Source of the DNA: Eledone cirrhosa
Lineage: Eukaryota
Direction of reading: 5' to 3'
DNA: 64,000 bases
Assembly: GCA_964016885.1 (NCBI GenBank)
Contig: OZ024765.1
Location: 5,580,001 to 5,644,000, forward strand
The translations under genes and the position numbers were made by a program. Shown piece after piece: positions 1 to 16,500 of this stretch. Under the pieces are notes generated by a model. That model saw nothing but the letters and a program-made list of their open reading frames with translations, made no database searches and was not told the DNA's origin. Numbering within the stretch: position 1 is the stretch's first letter; each line of letters opens with the position of its first letter.

Positions 1-744
1 TTTGGAGACAGATACTTCTGACAGAACCCGCTGGAAAGAGTGTTTGGGGACTTTGCCCCCATGACCCTCTCAGAAATAAGTGGGCGAAGAAGACATGATG
101 ATGATGGTGGTGGCAGTGTATATTGGTTGAGAGGATTCTTCAGCTGTGTCAAGTTTGGTGTGTAGAGAGAGGGACAGCGATTGTGTCAATGCACCACAGT
201 GTGCAACAGTACCCTGGTACTAATATAGAGACGGCAGGGTTGAATTTAGTGCATTAGGGTGCATATATATATATATATATATACATTCTGATACCAAGAT
301 AGAGTAGGCAGTGTGGTATTTAGTGTAGCGAGGGTATGTAGTTGCACTCTGGCACCAGTAGAGAAGGGTGGATGAGACACCTTAGTGCCGAAAGTGAGGA
401 CGGGGTGTCATTTGGTGCAGCTGGGTTTGCAGGTGCAATGCAGTACCGAGATAGTTATAGATACATAGATAGATAGATGGAGAATGAGTGAGGGGAGGGG
501 TAAGAAAATGGACTAAATAGATGGGTGCACTGTAGTACTGAGAGGAAGGGTAGGGTGTCATTCAGTGCAGCAGGTTGCGTAGGTGCACTCGGGTGCCTAG
601 AGAGAGATGGGTGGGGCAGGGAAAGGGGGGGGGCAGGGTGTTTCTATTTTTACAACATCTTGATAGCAGATAATCCTAACCTATTTTTTTTATTTATTTT
701 CTTGAAATTTTCGTAATATATGTGGTTAGTTTAATATTGTGAAG

Positions 745-1162
745 CACACACACACACTCTCTCATACGCTCACACACACACACACACACACTCTCTCATA
801 CGCTCACACACACACACACACACACACTCTCTCATACACTCACACACATACACACACTCTCTCATACGCTCACACACACACACACACACTCTCATACGCT
901 CACACACACACACACACACACTCTCTCATACGCTCACACACACACACACACACTCTCTCATACGCTCACACACACACACACACACACACACACTCTCATA
1001 CGCTCACACATACACTCTCTCATACGCTCACACACACACACACACACTCACACACATACACACACTCTCTCATACGCTCACACACACACACACACTCTCT
1101 CATGCTCACACACATATATACACACACACACTCACACACATACACACACTCACTCATACGCT

Positions 1163-1193
<31 letters not shown>

Positions 1194-1864
1194 ACATACA
1201 CACACTCTCTCATACGCTCACACACACACACACACACTCTCATGCTCACACACATATATACACACACACACTCTCTCATACGCTCACACACACACACACA
1301 CACACTCTCTCATACGCTCACACACACACACACACACACTCACACACATACACACACTCTCTCATACGCTCACACACACACACACACACTCACACACATA
1401 CACACACTCTCTCATACGCTCACACACACACACTCTCATGCTCACACACATATATACACACACACACACTCATACGCTCACACATATACACACACCCACA
1501 CACACACTCTCATATGCTCACACATATACATACACACACATACTCTCACATATATATATACACACACACACACTCTCTCATACGCTCACACACACACACA
1601 CACACACACTCTCATATGCTCACACATATACATACGCTCACACATATATACACACACACACACACTCTCTCATACGCTCACACATACACACACACACTCT
1701 CATGCTCACACATATATACACACACATACACACACTCTCATACGCTCACACATATACACACACACACACACTCTCTCATGCTCACACATACGCTCACATA
1801 TATATATATACACACACACACTCTCTCATATGCTCACACATACACACACACACTCTCTCATATG

Positions 1865-1897
<33 letters not shown>

Positions 1898-2013
1898 TCT
1901 CATGCTCTCACATATATACAGATACACAAACACACACACTCTCTCTCATATGCTCACACATATACACTCATACACTCACACGCAAACACACATACACACA
2001 CATATCCATACTG

Positions 2014-2056
<43 letters not shown>

Positions 2057-2075
2057 TATATATATATATGTGTAT
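745..2075. repeat. compound (CA)n / ctctcatacgct satellite
   Basis: direct inspection; source of HT-repeat pseudo-ORFs. Confidence 0.95.
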
Positions 2076-2077
2076 AT

Positions 2078-2380
2078 ACACTCTGTAAAGTGGTAATTCT
2101 CGTGCCGCAATAAAATACACCCAGTACACTCTGTAAAGTGGTAGTACTAGTACCAATGTAAAATACACCCAGTACACTCTGTAAAGTGGTAGTACTAGTA
2201 CCAATGTAAAATACACCCAGTACACTCTGTAAAGTGGTAGTACTAGTACCAATGTAAAATACACCCAGTACACTCTGTAAAGTGGTAGTACTAGTAGCAT
2301 GATAAAATACACCCAGTACACTCTGTAAAGTGGTAGTACTAGTACCATGATTAAATGCACCCAGTACACCCTGTAAAGTT
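2078..2380. repeat. 48-bp minisatellite from the SINE internal module
   Basis: unit acactctgtaaagtggtagtactagtaccaatgtaaaatacacccagt, about 6 copies. Confidence 0.9.
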
Positions 2381-2609
2381 CTTGACATTAGTAAGAGAGA
2401 CCAAGCCATATATGGAATGTATGCACACGGTGCGGTTACCTTACTAGGCTTGTCTAGTGTTAGATTAGGACAACCTGTCCAACCCATGCCAAAATCTAAC
2501 TTAGAGTGTCAAAGTTAACACATATTTTGCTGTTCACAGACATAATAACCACAAAGAACTCTCTGTAAATAATTTAACAATTTCCAATATGTAGAGCTGT
2601 GACATTGTT

Positions 2610-3225
2610 GTATATATCTATCTATCTAGGGCGGGTAAAATTCCCGAGATCCATGAACGAGTTCTCTCCAGCGGTCTCTGTCCCTCATCATCGCTGCCAT
2701 GTCCTGCGTCTCCAACAGACCAGTGTCTGTCCCTAGGGCATCAACATATGTTAACTTCGGTCTTCCTCTTCCAGTGTGTCCATGCAGGGGCTCCCACAGG
2801 AGCACTGAGTGCAGTGTCAACTCTGGATGTCGGTGAGCATGTCCAGCTAACCTCAGTCTCCTCTGTGTCACTTTTGAGCTGAGTTTTGGGAGGCTCACAT
2901 ACAGCTCTGAGTTTTTCATCCTCAGTGTATACTGATTAATTTTCAGAGCCATCCTCAGCATTCTCATGTAGCACCCATCCACCATCTGAGTGAGTTCCTT
3001 GGTCAGTGTCCAAGTCCCAGACCTGTACAGCAGCACAGACTCCACTGCAGCAATGAAGAGACGGATCTTCAGGTCTTTACGAAGGTCCGACTTCCACACC
3101 GATCTCAAGCTGTGGCACGCCACCCAGGCTTTGCTCTTCCTCTAGACCACATCATCTTCCGTATTCCCAATCTTTGCTCCCAAATACAGGAAGCCCTCAA
3201 CCAACTCTAGCAGCTTCCCGCCTAC
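2610..3225 (-). mobile_element. RTE-clade LINE 3' fragment
   Basis: ELVEGFLYLG...KIRLFIAAVESVLLY...RRLRLAGH...GRGRPKLTY...DRDRWR; in-frame stop; (TAGA)n tail. Confidence 0.85.
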
Positions 3226-3238
3226 ATTAGTAAGTATG

Positions 3239-3297
<59 letters not shown>

Positions 3298-3379
3298 CCA
3301 TATGTACATACATATATATACATATATAAAAAACATATTTATACATACATATATATATATATATATGATGATGATGATG

Positions 3380-4090
3380 CTGAACAGGTAGGGAAAACTA
3401 CGTATGCAGTAGATGTTCAGGGAAATTTGACAGTAGGAGTCGCATTGATAGACACATTTTTCAAAAGCAGGTAGGTTCTATAGAAGTGGTTGATAGCTTC
3501 CGGTACCTAGGTGATCAGATTAGCAAGGGAGTGGGGTGTTCCAAGGCCATAGTATCTAGAATAAGGACGGGTTGGAAGAAGTTGAGGGAGCTACTTCCTC
3601 TGTTGACAAAGAAGGGTTTCTCCCTGCGTACAAAAGGCCAGTTATATGCTGCATGGTAGTGAGACATGGGCAGCAACTGCAGAGGATATGCGACAGCTGG
3701 AGAGAAATGAAGCAAGCATGCTCCGTTGGATGTGCAATGTCAATGTGCGTGAACAACCAAGCATTGACGAGTTGAAAGAGAAACTGTGTATAAGAGGGAT
3801 AAGTTGTGGTGTGCGGGAGAGAAGGCTGAGATGGTATGGACATGTGATGCGCATGGAGGATGACCGCTGGGTAAAGAAATGCCAAGAAATCCCAGTGGAA
3901 GGAAGAAGCAGTAGAGGAAGACCACAAAAAACATGGGAGGAGGTGGTGAGAGCTGACCTCAGATCGCTGAAGCTCAAGGAGGAGATGTCTAAGGACCGCG
4001 ACAAGTGGAGAGATGCTGTGCTGAATAAGACCCGTCCCACCCTTGCAAGCAGGGAAAAGTGGATGTAAAATGATGATGATGATGATGATG
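3380..4090 (+). mobile_element. RTE-clade LINE 3' fragment with (ATG)n tail
   Basis: YVCSRC...EVVDSFRYLGD...MLHGSETW...RERRLRWYGHVMR...RGRPQKTW; frameshift near 3645. Confidence 0.9.
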
Positions 4091-4187
4091 ATATATATAA
4101 GTATGTATATATGTATGATGATGATTACTCAGATCTATTCTATATATACACAAATAATGCCATACATCCATCCTCTACATACACATC

Positions 4188-4221
<34 letters not shown>

Positions 4222-4367
4222 CGCACACACATAGATACATATATATATTTCAGAAGACCCCATAAAAGGGTGAAAGCAATGATTCTTTCTTAAACTTTAA
4301 TCTGTACTAATAATAAATATTTTGCTCTACGGGTTTATATATATATACACACACACATATATATATA

Positions 4368-4821
4368 CACCCCCGTCCCACCACCCCCACCCCATCCACA
4401 CCGCCCCCTTCTATGTAAAGTTATGTTGGTACCACAACATCCAGTCCGAAACAAATGAGATCGTGTAGGTGTCACGACAAAAAAAAAACCCGCCAGACAG
4501 TCCACGCTGTAATGTGGCCGTGTAGGCAACACGGTAAAAACCTCCCAGACCCACACTGTAAATGTGGTTGGTGTTAGGAAGGGCATCCAGCTGTAGAAAA
4601 CCCGCCAGACAGTCCACGCTGTAATGTGGCCGTGTAGGCAACACGGTAAAAACCTCCCAGACCCACACTGTAAATGTGGTTGGTGTTAGGAAGGGCATCC
4701 AGCTGTAGAAAACCTGCCAGACAGTCCTATGCGAGCAAGACAATCACTCTTGCCTCAAGTGGGACTACCCCCGTCCAAACCCATGCAAGCGTGGAACACG
4801 GACGTTAAACGTTGATGATGA

Positions 4822-4825
<4 letters not shown>
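4368..4825 (+). mobile_element. RTE 3' UTR-derived short retrocopy
   Basis: ccccgtcccaccacc...aggaagggcatcc...cccatgcaagcgtggaacacggacgttaaacg(ATG)n; copies at 24390-24758(+), 34222-34640(-), 50740-51118(-); 5' part matches the sequence after the RTE ORF at 61555-61660. Confidence 0.72.
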
Positions 4826-9040
<4,215 letters not shown>

Positions 9041-9219
9041 CCTCTCTTTGCCACACACCACCACCACAATATATATATATAACCGTCCCCCCCCTCCACA
9101 CACACCACCACAATTACCACCATCCTCATTAGTGCCACATACCATCATCACAGTCACTAACACCACCACCACATACCATCACATACCACTAACGGCTATC
9201 CACCATCACACTAGCATTG

Positions 9220-10200
9220 AGTGCACCACCACCAACACACCACCACCACCACCACTTCCACCACCACCACACCACCACCACTTCCACCACCCCCACCACC
9301 ACCACAAACGCTTCCACCACCACCACAAACACTTCCACCACCACCACAACCAACACACCACCACCACCACCACAAACACTTCCACCACCACCACAACCAA
9401 CACACCACCACCACCACCACAAACGCTTCCACCACCACCACCACCAACAATTCCACCAACACCACCACCACCACCACCAACAACGCTTCCACCACCACCA
9501 CCACCAACACCACCAACACACCACCACCACCACCACCACCACCACCAACACTTCCACCACCACCAACGCTTCCACCACCAACACCACCAACACACCACCA
9601 CCACCAACGCTTCCACCACCACAACCACCAACATACCACCAACACTTCCACCACCATCAACATACCACCACACCACCACTACCACCACCACCACCAACGC
9701 TTCCACCACCACCACCACCAACGCTTCCACCACCACCACCACAACCACCAACATACCACCACCACCAACACTTCCACCACCATCAACGCTTCCACCACAA
9801 TCACACCACCACCACCACACCACCACCACCACCAACATACCACCCCCACCAACACTTCCACCACCACCAACATACCACCACAATCACACCACCACCACCA
9901 CACCACCACCAACACACCACCACCACAATCACACCACCACCACCACACCACCACCAACACACCACATCACCGCAACCAACACACCACCACCACCACAATC
10001 ACATCACCGCAACCAACACACCACCACCACCACAATCACACCACCACAACCAACACACCACCACCACCACCACCACAATCACACCACCACAACAAACACA
10101 CCACCACCACCACCACACCACCACCACCACCACCACCACCACAATCACACCACCACAACCAACACACCACCATCACCACAATCACATACCACTAAACCAC
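9220..10200. repeat. (CCA)n-derived degenerate trinucleotide satellite
   Basis: direct inspection. Confidence 0.9.
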
Positions 10201-10975
10201 ACTCATTTTACTACCACATCCCCAACACCACAACCCCACCCCAGGGCACTCATTACACCCAGCAACACCAGTGAAAGGGGAGGGGGTGCTTAACTTAGTG
10301 AGCAGGGGGTGGATAAGGTGGGTTGTGTGGTGATGTGATGATGGTTGTGGTAGTGATGGTGTGATGGATGATGGGGGGGGGGGGGGGGTGATGATGATGG
10401 GGTATGAAGTTAACAGAGATGGTGATGGTAGCGGTTGTGGTGGTGTGAAGGAATTGGTTAGCTGCCGTATTACACAACAATAAGGGTGGTATCTGGTGCA
10501 GTGGTGTTGTCTGGTGCATTTGGTTAAGGAGTTAGGGAATGGGGCAGTGGGTATGGTGGGGGGGTTCTGTCTGCTGCATCTAAGCAGTGCACTGTGTTGG
10601 CATGTGCAGGTCGTTTTGTGCCCCCCCCCCCATTATCTGCTTCTTTAGCAGCTCTGGAATGTTGCACACACAAACTAGTTGCATTGTAGCAATTGGTGAC
10701 ACAAGCGCGCTGACCTAGCAACATATATATTTATATATTCATATATATATATATATATTTATATATGCAAAGGTTTTATTTAAAATTGTTGGGTTACAAC
10801 AAGTAAATATTTTATAACTGATATAAAGCACTCAAGTTTTTGGAGTAGATATACGATATTAAACAAATGGAAACTATATTTATAAAACCATATTTATTTC
10901 ATTATTTATTTCCTAATTTAATGGTCGCTTATAATATGGTACGTCAAAATTATTTATAAAGCTGTTTATATATTG

Positions 10976-11041
10976 TATTTTATCTGACGAAGGCATGCCA
11001 TATTTTTAATATGGTATCCCTGAAATATGTTTAATGAAATA
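10976..11041 (+). ncRNA. type I hammerhead ribozyme motif (slightly degenerate helix III)
   Basis: tattttat-CTGACGA-aggcatgccatat/atatggtatccct-GAAA-tatgt-TTA^atgaaata; helix I pairs with one G-U. Confidence 0.7.
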
Positions 11042-11330
11042 AATATGGTTTTATAAATATAGTTTCCATTTGTTTAATATCGTATATTTATATATATATA
11101 TGTAGGAGGTGAGTTTTATTGTAGCACGATAAAGCAATGGAAATATCGGATAAGTAGCACTCAACAGTTTATAGGACTGGAGTATAAATAATATAAGATG
11201 AAAAGATGGTTAAAAGAGTTCCATATATTTTATTATACGCATTTCAAAAATATCATCATGGGAGCAGTGAAGTGTTGATTTAAAACTTCACTGCTTGCAA
11301 GTGTTTTTTAAGCTTCATATCATGTCTCCC

Positions 11331-11395
11331 TATTTTATCTGATGAGAACGCAAATATCATCCCATGATTGATATTTGTTTTTGAAATGCATAATA
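11331..11395 (+). ncRNA. hammerhead motif with truncated helix I 3' arm
   Basis: tattttat-CTGATGA-...caaatatca/tgatatttg...-GAAA-TGCA-TA^ata; same family as 28207-28277. Confidence 0.55.
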
Positions 11396-11598
11396 TCCTT
11401 TATACTCTTCCCTTCATTCTACACATCTCACACATCTTATACACACCACGCATCTCAACGTACACCCACTTACATCTCTCTCTCCACCACCGGACCTTGT
11501 TACCCGGAGATTTACCCATTTGCATTGTCGAGGCTTCCAAACGACTTAAAGATATTTACTTATTGTTCCACAATGCTTCAAGCAAACTTCAATACTCT

Positions 11599-11631
<33 letters not shown>

Positions 11632-11635
<4 letters not shown>

Positions 11636-11982
11636 TCATCATCATCATCATCATTTCATTTTACGTCCGCTTTTTCCCTGCTTGCAAGGGTGGGACGGGA
11701 ACTGATTCTGGCTTGATTTCTACAGCTGGATGCCCTTCCTAACACCAACCTCATTTACAGTGAGTGCTGGGTGCTTTTTTGCCGTGGCACCTCTACGACC
11801 ACTTTGCAGTGGTATGATAGGGACCCCAGTCCCTATCATCTCATTTCTACAGCTGAGTAAACTGGAGCAATGTGAAATAAAGTGTCTTGCTCAAGGAAAC
11901 AACACATCACCCGGTCTGAGAATTGAACTCACAACCTTTCGATTGCAAAGCCAATGCTCTAACCACTAAGCCACGTGCCTCC
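11632..11982 (-). mobile_element. tRNA-derived CORE-type SINE with RTE tail
   Basis: A box TGGCTTAGTGG, B box GAGTTCAATTCT, MIR-core-like ccttgagcaagacactt...cagtttactcagctgtagaaatg, tail nearly identical to the RTE 3' end at 4030-4090. Confidence 0.85.
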
Positions 11983-11984
11983 AT

Positions 11985-12116
11985 TATATATATATAATGT
12001 GCATGTATGTATATATATTTACATATACACACATGTATATACATGTGTGTGTGTGTGTGTATATATATAATGTGCATGTATGTATATATATTTACATATA
12101 CACACATGTATATACA

Positions 12117-12148
<32 letters not shown>

Positions 12149-12184
12149 ATGTGCATGTGTGTATATACATTTACATATACACAC

Positions 12185-12241
<57 letters not shown>

Positions 12242-12286
12242 GTGCATGTGTGTATATATATTTACATATACACACATGTATATACA

Positions 12287-12318
<32 letters not shown>

Positions 12319-12365
12319 ATGTGCATGTATGTATATATATTTACATATTCACACATATATATACA

Positions 12366-12417
<52 letters not shown>

Positions 12418-12576
12418 GTGCAAATGTGCATGTGTGTATATATATATATATAATGTGCATGTATGTATATATATTTACATATACACACATGTATATACAT
12501 GTGTGTGTGTGTATATATATATATATATAATGTGCATGTATGTATATATATTTACATATACACACATATATATACA

Positions 12577-12624
<48 letters not shown>

Positions 12625-12677
12625 GTGCAAATGTGCATGTGTGTATATATATTTACATATACACACATGTATATACA

Positions 12678-12717
<40 letters not shown>

Positions 12718-12764
12718 ATGTGCATGTATGTATATATATTTACATATACACACATATATATACA

Positions 12765-12800
<36 letters not shown>

Positions 12801-12855
12801 ATGTGCAAATGTGCATGTGTGTATATATATTTACATATACACACATATATATACA

Positions 12856-12893
<38 letters not shown>

Positions 12894-12940
12894 ATGTGCA
12901 TGTGTGTATATATATTTACATATACACACATATATATACA

Positions 12941-12982
<42 letters not shown>

Positions 12983-13104
12983 GTGCATGTGTGTATATAT
13001 ATTTACATATACACACATGTATATACATGTGTGTGTGTGTATATATATATATATATAATGTGCATGTATGTATATATATTTACATATACACACATATATA
13101 TACA

Positions 13105-13166
<62 letters not shown>

Positions 13167-13219
13167 GTGCAAATGTGCATGTGTGTATATATATTTACAT
13201 ATACACACATATATATACA

Positions 13220-13251
<32 letters not shown>

Positions 13252-13414
13252 ATGTGCAAATGTGCATGTGTGTATATATATATATATATAATGTGCATGT
13301 ATGTATATATATTTACATATACACACATGTATATACATGTGTGTGTGTGTATATATATATATATATAATGTGCATGTATGTATATATATTTACATATACA
13401 CACATATATATACA

Positions 13415-13482
<68 letters not shown>

Positions 13483-13535
13483 GTGCAAATGTGCATGTGT
13501 GTATATATATTTACATATACACACATATATATACA

Positions 13536-13571
<36 letters not shown>

Positions 13572-13626
13572 ATGTGCAAATGTGCATGTGTGTATATATA
13601 TTTACATATACACACATATATATACA

Positions 13627-13672
<46 letters not shown>

Positions 13673-13717
13673 GTGCATGTGTGTATATATATTTACATAT
13701 ACACACATATATATACA

Positions 13718-13755
<38 letters not shown>

Positions 13756-13802
13756 ATGTGCATGTGTGTATATATATTTACATATACACACATATATATA
13801 CA

Positions 13803-13855
<53 letters not shown>
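11985..13855. repeat. compound satellite: aatgtgcatgt...tttacatatacacacat...(gt)n(at)n
   Basis: about 20 units of roughly 75-120 bp with variable (AT)n. Confidence 0.92.
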
Positions 13856-13859
<4 letters not shown>

Positions 13860-14071
13860 CTAAGTCATTGCACCTGTGTCGCCACCTGTTGCAATGCAAC
13901 TGGTTTGTGTGTACAACAATCCAGCGAAAAGAGTAGTAGTGGGGAGGGTGGTGCCTGCACATTTTTATTATGAATCTATCAATTGTTATGGGTACTTAAT
14001 GATGCAATTCAATTCAAGCACTCTACGTACTTTTTGTACATAGGAGTGACGGAGTATATTTAGAATAAAAT

Positions 14072-16365
14072 AACTGTTTCTACTTTTGGCACAAGGCCAG
14101 CAATTACCCAGTACATTACTGGTACTTTATTTTATCGACCCCGTAAGGATGAAAGGCAAATTTAACCTCGGCGGGATTTGAACTGAGACCATAAAGAGAC
14201 GTAACTCTTTGCTGCAAAGCATGGCGTCAGACCCTCTACCGATACTGCCAATCCACCGCCCTTTATATATACTGTAGATATTACTGGCAGTATACAGTAA
14301 TACTAAATGTTAATACAGAATGTTATAATTGAATGTTTAAATAATTGTGAATGTATAGTGTACTGTTATTTAGAGTAGAGTCTTCAACTGACTGGCTTAC
14401 CTTCTCAAATAAAAAAAATATAAAGTAGCCTGTGAAATATACACACCCACAGACTTACAATAATTGTTTCTACTTTAGGCACAAGGCCAGCAAATACCCA
14501 GTGCATTACTGGTACTTTATTTTATCGACCCCGTAAGGATGAAAGGCAAATTTAACCTCGGCGGGATTTGAACTGAGACCATAAAGAGACGTAACTCTTT
14601 GCTGCAAAGCATGGCGTCAGACCCTCTACCGATACTGCCAATCCACCGCCCTTTATATATACTGTAGATATTACTGGCAGTATACAGTAATACTAAATGT
14701 TAATACAGAATGTTATAATTGAATGTTTAAATAATTGTGAATGTATAGTGTACTGTTATTTAGAGTAGAGTCTTCAACTGACTGGCTTACCTTCTCAAAT
14801 AAAAAAAATATAAAGTAGCCTGTGAAATATACACACCCACAGACTTACAATAATTGTTTCTACTTTTGCCACAAGGCCAGCAATTACTCAGTGTATTACT
14901 GGTACTTTATTTTATCGACCCCGTAAGGATGAAAGGCAAATTTAACCTCGGCGGGATTTGAACTGAGACCATAAAGAGACGTAACTCTTTGCTGCAAAGC
15001 ATGGCGTCAGACCCTCTACCGATACTGCCAATCCACCGCCCTTTATATATACTGTAGATATTATTGGCAGTATACAGTAATACTAAATGTTAATACAGAA
15101 TGTTATAATTGAATGTTTAAATAATTGTGAATGTATAGTGTACTGTTATTTAGAGTAGAGTCTTCAACTGACTGGCTTACCTTCTCAAATAAAAAAAATA
15201 TAAAGTAGCCTGTGAAATATACACACCCACAGACTTACAATAATTGTTTCTACTTTTGCCACAAGGCCAGCAATTACTCAGTGTATTACTGGTACTTTAT
15301 TTTATCGACCCCGTAAGGATGAAAGGCAAATTTAACCTCGGCGGGATTTGAACTGAGACCATAAAGAGACGTAACTCTTTGCTGCAAAGCATGGCGTCAG
15401 ACCCTCTACCGATACTGCCAATCCACCGCCCTTTATATATACTGTAGATATTACTGGCAGTATACAGTAATACTAAATGTTAATACAGAATGTTATAATT
15501 GAATGTTTAAATAATTGTGAATGTATAGTGTACTGTTATTTAGAGTAGAGTCTTCAACTGACTGGCTTACCTTCTCAAATAAAAAAAATATAAAGTAGCC
15601 TGTGAAATATACACACCCACAGACTTACAATAATTGTTTCTACTTTAGGCACAAGGCCAGCAAATACCCAGTACATTACTGGTACTTTATTTTATCGACC
15701 CCGTAAGGATGAAAGGCAAAGTTAACCTCGGCGGGATTTGAACTGAGACCATAAAGAGACGTAACTCTTTGCTGCAAAGCATGGCGTCAGACCCTCTACC
15801 GATACTGCCAATCCACCGCCCTTTATATATACTGTAGATATTACTGGCAGTATACAGTAATACTAAATGTTAATACAGAATGTTATAATTGAATGTTTAA
15901 ATAATTGTGAATGTATAGTGTACTGTTATTTAGAGTAGAGTCTTCAACTGACTGGCTTACCTTCTCAAATAAAAAAAATATAAAGTAGCCTGTGAAATAT
16001 ACACACCCACAGACTTACAATAATTGTTTCTACTTTAGGCACAAGGCCAGCAAATACCCAGTGTATTACTGGTACTTTATTTTATCGACCCCGTAAGGAT
16101 GAAAGACAAAGTTAACCTCGGCGGGATTTGATTTGAACTCAGAATGGCAAGGTCCGTAACTGTTTGCGTCAAAGCATACAATAATTACCTTTAGTCTCTC
16201 ACACTCACGAAATATATATATCTGGGAATGTGTGTATATGTACATGTGTATATATAGATTTATATATATGTATACATACATGTTTTCAGATCATAAAGGG
16301 ACGTAACCCTATGCTGCAAAGCATGGCGTCCAACCCTCTACCGATATTGCCAATCCACCGCCCTT
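14072..16365 (-). repeat. 390-bp tandem repeat, each unit containing a second tRNA-derived SINE
   Basis: period 390 (14461, 14851, 15241, 15631, 16021); minus-strand A box TGGCAGTATCGG, B box GTTCAAATCCC, body gcctttcatccttacggggtcgataaaataaagtaccag (resembles the Meta/Sauria-type central domain, from memory). Confidence 0.9.
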
Positions 16366-16500
16366 ATATATAGAATAAGATAATGCAAAGTAGTTTTAGA
16401 TGTAGCTACCTGTTCTCTCTCTCTCACCCAACTCCCCATGTCCTAACGAAGGGCTTCCACTCGAAGTGTCAACCCCTCCTAAAATTGATCCTAATAAGAC

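Noticed and set aside
14401-14429. Minus-strand mini-exon signals (ttcacAG|...AAG|GTAAGC) in each 390-bp unit
   Set aside because: 29-nt T-rich segment with no recognisable coding content; such matches are expected by chance
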